Origin: an uncultured Kiritimatiellota bacterium
GTDB taxonomy: Bacteria > Verrucomicrobiota > Kiritimatiellia > RFP12 > DVOR01
Length of the DNA stretch: 64,000 nt
Direction of reading: 5' to 3'
NCBI GenBank assembly: GCA_944391055.1
Contig: CALXSF010000004.1
Span: 16,481 to 80,480, forward strand
Shown here one piece after another: positions 59,616-64,000 of this stretch; position 1 is the first letter of the stretch, and the number at the start of each line of letters is the position of its first letter. The translations under genes and the position numbers were made by a program. The notes under the pieces are model-generated. The model was not told the DNA's origin and ran no database searches. It saw nothing but the letters and a program-made list of their open reading frames with translations.

Positions 59616-60251
59616 TCACGCCACCCTGCGCCGAAGCGCCGCCCCCGCCACGCCCAACGCCAGCACCGCCAGCGCCGTCGGCTCGGGCAAGAGGGCGAAG
59701 TCCGCGCCCGTCGCCGCACCCGCCGCCAGATAAAGCGTGCCGTCAGTGGCCGTCGTGAACGCGAGCGTGTCAAGCGTTATCTGTGGGCCCTGCCATCCAG
59801 TCCAATAGATCCCCTCCTCGCCGCCGCCGATCTCCGACACCCCGAACGTCTCGCCGTTGATGTCAAAGGAGTTGAACATCAGCGTATTGTTCTCCACGGT
59901 AAAGACGATCCCGACCACGTTCAGCCCTTCGTGGAGCGCCCCTCGCGAATAAAACGTACCCGCGCCGTTCCTGTAAAGGCGGCCCTGCCAACCGTTCCCC
60001 GCCGCGCCGACGCCGAGATACGCGCCCGAGTTGGCCGAGGAGGTGAGCGTCAGCCGCGGGCCGCTCGCGGGCGCCGCGTCCAACGTAAAGACAAAGGCCG
60101 CCGAATACGTCGCCCCCGTAGTCGGCACGTCCCCGAACGCAGAGAACCCGGAGGTCGCGCCGGCGCCCATGGGTTGCCCCTGCCAATCGATCGTCACCGC
60201 TTGGGCGAGACAGGCCGCACAGGCCGCCGCCGCAATCATCATCAGTTTCAT
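59616..60251 (-). CDS. PEP-CTERM sorting-domain protein
   Basis: Signal peptide; C-terminal LPEPTALAVLALGVAGAALRRRVA. Confidence 0.9.
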   Translation of the reverse strand: MKLMMIAAAACAACLAQAVTIDWQGQPMGAGATSGFSAFGDVPTTGATYSAAFVFTLDAAPASGPRLTLTSSANSGAYLGVGAAGNGWQGRLYRNGAGTFYSRGALHEGLNVVGIVFTVENNTLMFNSFDINGETFGVSEIGGGEEGIYWTGWQGPQITLDTLAFTTATDGTLYLAAGAATGADFALLPEPTALAVLALGVAGAALRRRVA

Positions 60252-60399
60252 CTGTCATTCCTTTCGCTGCGGGCGGCAGTCGGTTGCCGCCCAACCACCC
60301 ATAGAATACCACCACCACCACCCATTTGGTCAAGGCCCTTTTCGCGGTTCCCGCCGCGCGCCGATTTGGTATAGTGTGCCGAGACAAGGAGGAACCGAC

Positions 60400-60957
60400 A
60401 TGGCTCTGTTGATGTTGTTGGCGAACGGCTTTGAGGAAATCGAGGCGCTTGGCACGTTGGATCTGCTCCGGCGGGCCGGCGTGGAGACGCGGACGTGCAC
60501 GCTGAACCGCACGCCGCTGACCTTGGGCGCCCACGGGATCGCCGTGGAGGCGGAGCTGTGCCTGACGGAGCTGGACAGCACGGCCTTCGAGGGCGTCATC
60601 CTGCCGGGCGGGCTCGGGGGCGCGGAGGCCCTAGCGGCGACCCAGGGCGTGCTGGAGCTGCTCCGCGACTATGACGCGCAGGGCAAGCTGATCGCGGCCA
60701 TCTGCGCGGCCCCCGCGCTGGTGCTGACGGCGGCGGGGCTGCTGCCCGGCGCGCGCAGGGCCACCTGCTACCCGGCGCCGGATTTCGTGGCGGCCTTGGG
60801 CGAAAGTTACGTCCGCGCGCCCGCCGTGACGGAGAGGAACCTCATCACCGCCGAGGGGCCGGGGCGCTTCGCCGACTTCGCGCGGGCGATCATCGTCCGC
60901 GTGGCGGGCGAGGAGGCGGCGCGCAAGACCTTCGCGGACGCGCTGCTGGAGGCTTGA
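60400..60957 (+). CDS. DJ-1/PfpI (ThiJ/YajL) family protein
   Basis: GFEEIEA, DLLRRAG, LPGG, AAICAAP, ATCYP, ITAEGPG. Confidence 0.92.
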   Translation: MALLMLLANGFEEIEALGTLDLLRRAGVETRTCTLNRTPLTLGAHGIAVEAELCLTELDSTAFEGVILPGGLGGAEALAATQGVLELLRDYDAQGKLIAAICAAPALVLTAAGLLPGARRATCYPAPDFVAALGESYVRAPAVTERNLITAEGPGRFADFARAIIVRVAGEEAARKTFADALLEA

Positions 60958-60964
60958 GGCCCCC

Positions 60965-62473
60965 GTGCCCGGGCTGACCCAACGGCTGGGGGCGGCGCAG
61001 CGTCAGCGGCAGACGCAGGAGACGCGGCTGTCGCTTCAGGCGCGCCAGCGGCTGCGCCTCCTGCCCCTGCCGTTGCAGGCCCTGCGGGCGCAGCTGCGCC
61101 AACAGGCGGCGCAGAACCCTTTTTTGGAATACGACGACCCGCCCGGCGAGACGCTCTCCCTCGACGCGGCGGCGGAGGACCTCGCCCGCGAGGCGGACGA
61201 GACGGAGGATCTCGATTACCTCAACGCCTCCCTGGAGGGCTTCGGCGACCAGGCCGACCCCGAGGCGTTGGCGGAGGCCGCGCGCCGGCACGAGTGGGTG
61301 CTCCAGACGCAGACGGCGCCCGAGACGCTCTTCCGCCACTTGGAGCGGCAGGCGCTCCAGCAACTGCCCCCCGGCCCGCGGCGCGACCTGACCCTGCTTG
61401 TCTGCGACGCCCTCGACGCCGACGGTTACCTGCGCACGGACGCCCACACGCTGCTGGCCGATTGGTGGCAGGCGAACGGCGGCCACCCGCCCCAGGACTT
61501 CTCGGAGCGCGACGTGGAGGCGGCCATCCGCACGGTGCAGACCTTCGACCCCGTGGGCGTTGGGGCGCGCTCGCTGGCGGAGTGCCTGGCGCTTCAGACG
61601 CGGGCCGACCCGCGCACGCTGCCCGACCGCGGGCTCTATCTGCGGCTCTGCGACCGATTGGGGAGCCTCCTCCGCGAGCCTCCCGAGCGGCTGGCGCGCG
61701 CCTTGCGCTGCACGCCGGGCGAGCTGGCGGGGGCCTTGGCCTATCTGCGCACCCTCAATCCCTTCCCGGGGCGCGCCTTCGCCCCCGCCGAGCCGCCGGA
61801 AAGCCCGGAGATCGTCGCCATCCGGGAGCCGGACGGCCGTTGGCGGGCGCTGTGCGACGAACGGCGCTTCCCGCTTTTCCGCGTGGACGAGCGCGCGGTG
61901 GAGGCCGCCAAGGCGGCCGCGCGCTCCCCCGCCGAACGGGCCTGCGTCTCGGATCTCGAGGGGCGCGCGCGCGTGGAGACGGAGGCTTTCCGGGAACGCA
62001 ACGACACGCTTCGGCGCGTGGCGCAGGCCATCTTCGACCGCCAAGGGGCCTTCCTCGACGGCGGGGGCGAACCCGCGGCGCTCCGCCCCCTGCTCCAACG
62101 CGAGGTGGCCCAGACGGTGGGGCTCGACGAAAGCATCGTCTCCCGCGCCGTCAAGGACAAGGCCGTCCGCGTGGCGACGAGCCGCAGGCTCATCCCGCTC
62201 AAGGCCTTCTTCACGCACGCCGTGCCGGGCCCGGGGACTTCCGCGCGCGAGGCGGAGGGGGTCTCGGAGCAGCAGGCGAAAAGCGCGCTGCGGGATCTGG
62301 TGGCGGGCGAATCCCCCGCGCGCCCCCTTTCCGACCAAGCCCTGGCGGAGGCGCTGACGGCGCGGGGCATCGCCTTGGCGCGGCGCACGGTGGCGAAATA
62401 CCGGGAACAGCTGGGCATCCCTTCCACGAGGGAGCGGCGCAGGGCCGCCCCGCAAACAAAGGACGAGACATGA
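60965..62473 (+). CDS. rpoN: RNA polymerase sigma-54 factor
   Basis: Gln/Leu-rich region I, NPFLE, LDADGYL, DPVGVGARSLAECL, ESIVSRAV, PLSDQ, ARRTVAKYR (RpoN box). Confidence 0.93.
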   Translation: MPGLTQRLGAAQRQRQTQETRLSLQARQRLRLLPLPLQALRAQLRQQAAQNPFLEYDDPPGETLSLDAAAEDLAREADETEDLDYLNASLEGFGDQADPEALAEAARRHEWVLQTQTAPETLFRHLERQALQQLPPGPRRDLTLLVCDALDADGYLRTDAHTLLADWWQANGGHPPQDFSERDVEAAIRTVQTFDPVGVGARSLAECLALQTRADPRTLPDRGLYLRLCDRLGSLLREPPERLARALRCTPGELAGALAYLRTLNPFPGRAFAPAEPPESPEIVAIREPDGRWRALCDERRFPLFRVDERAVEAAKAAARSPAERACVSDLEGRARVETEAFRERNDTLRRVAQAIFDRQGAFLDGGGEPAALRPLLQREVAQTVGLDESIVSRAVKDKAVRVATSRRLIPLKAFFTHAVPGPGTSAREAEGVSEQQAKSALRDLVAGESPARPLSDQALAEALTARGIALARRTVAKYREQLGIPSTRERRRAAPQTKDET

Positions 62474-63372
62474 AACCGATCCTGCTGATCTGGCTTGCCT
62501 TCCGCGAGGTGGCGGACTTCACCGCCACGCGCGGGCAGGTGGCGCGTTGGGCCGAAGAGGTGCCCGAGCTGGAGGTGGTCTTCGCGGAGAGCCAGGAGGC
62601 CTTCGTGCGCAACCTCTCCAAGGCCACCTACGTGATGACCTTCCGCTTCTCGGAGGCGTGGCTGCCCCTGACCTACCGCGTGAAATGGATGGCCACCCCG
62701 GCAGCCGGGCGCGAACTCCTGGGGGCGCGTATCCCCGACCGCATCCGCCTGACGCACGGCACCTTCCACGGCGCGCTGATGGCGGAGACGGCGGTGGGGA
62801 TGCTGCTCGCCGTGCGGCGGGGCCTCCTGCCGGGGCTCGGGCTCTGCGGGCCGGAGGCCCCTTGGCCCAAGACGCTCCCAGGGCGCTGCGCCATCGCCGG
62901 GAGCCGCGCCACGATCGTGGGCTACGGGCACATCGGCAAGGCCATCGGCGCGAAACTCAAGGCCCTCGGCGTGGCCGTGACGGGCGTGACCCACGCCAAC
63001 CTGGGCGAGCTGGACGCGCTCCTTGCGCAGACCGACGCCCTTTTCCTCGCCTTGCCCGCCACCGCCGAGACGGACAACCTCCTGGACGCCCGGCGGCTCG
63101 CCCTCCTGCCGCGCCACGCCGTGCTCGTCAATGTGGGGCGCGGCAACGCGTTGGACGAGGAGGCCCTCGCCGGCGCGCTTGGGCGGGGCGACCTCCACGC
63201 CGCCTTCCTCGACGTGATGAAGGAGGAGCCCTACCCCGCCGACGGCCCTTTGCGCCGGGCGCCGCGCTGTTACCTGCTGCCGCACGCCTCGGCCTTCTCG
63301 CCGGACTATCTGGACCGCGCCTTCGCCGAGTGGCTGGGGATTTACCGGCGTGACTTCCGCAACCAGGGCTGA
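62470..63372 (+). CDS. D-isomer-specific 2-hydroxyacid dehydrogenase
   Basis: IVGYGHIG, LPATAET, VNVGRG, AFLDV, EEP, LLPH; ATGA overlap with rpoN. Confidence 0.88.
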   Translation: MKPILLIWLAFREVADFTATRGQVARWAEEVPELEVVFAESQEAFVRNLSKATYVMTFRFSEAWLPLTYRVKWMATPAAGRELLGARIPDRIRLTHGTFHGALMAETAVGMLLAVRRGLLPGLGLCGPEAPWPKTLPGRCAIAGSRATIVGYGHIGKAIGAKLKALGVAVTGVTHANLGELDALLAQTDALFLALPATAETDNLLDARRLALLPRHAVLVNVGRGNALDEEALAGALGRGDLHAAFLDVMKEEPYPADGPLRRAPRCYLLPHASAFSPDYLDRAFAEWLGIYRRDFRNQG

Positions 63373-63385
63373 GGCCGCGGGCGCC

Positions 63386-64000
63386 GTGCCGCTGCTGAAG
63401 GACGAGGCGCTCTGCCTGGCGCTCCGCCCCTTCGGCAAGACCTCGCAGATGGTCGTGTGGCTCACCGCGCGGCACGGGCTGGTCACCACCCCCGTCAAGG
63501 GCGCCCAACGGCCCAAGGGCGCCTTCCTGGGGCGCTGCGACGTGGGGTACCTCTGCGAGGTCGTCCTCTACGCCCGCGAGCGGGGGGGCGTGCGCAACAT
63601 CCGGGAGTGCACGCCCCTGGCGCTGCGCGAGCGGCTGCGCGGGGATTGGCGCGCCGCGGTGGCCGCCGACTATGCCTGCGACCTCACGCTCCGGACCGCC
63701 CAGCCCGGCATGGCCAACCCCGCGCTGTTCCGCGATTTGGGCGAACTGCTCGAAACCTTGCCCGATTGCTCCCCGCACGAGGCCTCCCTGGCCTTGCTGT
63801 GGTTCGAGAGCCGCCTGCTGCACGCCGTCGGCCTGGGCCCGGATTTCACGCCCTGCGCGCGGTGCCCGGCCACGCCGCGCCGCCTCTTCTCGGTGGAGGA
63901 GGGGCGTTTTGTCTGCCCCCACCATCCCTCGCGCCTGCGGACGCCCCCCACCCTGACGCTGCACGACGACATCCCCGCCCTCCACCGCCATTTCCTCGGA
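63386..64000 (+). CDS. recO: DNA repair protein RecO (3' end runs off the window)
   Basis: Not in the ORF track; GTG start: MPLLKDEALCLALRPFGKTSQMVVWLTARHGLVTTPVKGAQRPK...LLWFESRLLHAVGLGPDFTPCARC...GRFVC. Confidence 0.88.
   Translation, partial: MPLLKDEALCLALRPFGKTSQMVVWLTARHGLVTTPVKGAQRPKGAFLGRCDVGYLCEVVLYARERGGVRNIRECTPLALRERLRGDWRAAVAADYACDLTLRTAQPGMANPALFRDLGELLETLPDCSPHEASLALLWFESRLLHAVGLGPDFTPCARCPATPRRLFSVEEGRFVCPHHPSRLRTPPTLTLHDDIPALHRHFLG

Overview
A GC-rich chromosomal segment from a Gram-negative anaerobe. A Kdo transferase, a PEP-CTERM protein and a trimeric [FeFe]-hydrogenase suggest a PVC-type gut bacterium such as Kiritimatiellia or Lentisphaeria (inference). The window holds an AraC-linked glycosidase cluster (GH2, a divergent clan GH-D-like enzyme, GH35, GH2), leuA behind a Leu-rich leader peptide and attenuator, hydCBA/hnd-type hydrogenase genes, surface-polysaccharide genes, GH29 and GH43 enzymes, and housekeeping genes (ribD, infC, thrS, pyrF, waaA, pfk, trxA, rpoN, recO). 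It also has two large secreted multidomain enzymes: a double SGNH esterase and a GH16-GH33 fusion. The most striking element is a lower-GC island at about 29.9-39.2 kb. It encodes a 1954-aa secreted protein with Ca-binding repeats and a C-terminal alpha/beta-hydrolase (lipase-like) domain. This is followed by an array with ~1490-bp periodicity, in which a ~284-bp constant piece of the hydrolase gene recurs three times with different C-terminal tips, alternating with divergent AT-rich immunity-like paralogues. An ISAs1 (H-repeat) remnant flanks it. It looks like a polymorphic toxin/immunity locus with swappable catalytic-tip cassettes. Other candidates are a ~100-nt promoter-to-terminator sRNA and several probably leaderless genes. 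No tRNA, rRNA or CRISPR array was seen. Product calls come from motif recognition only; no database searches were run.
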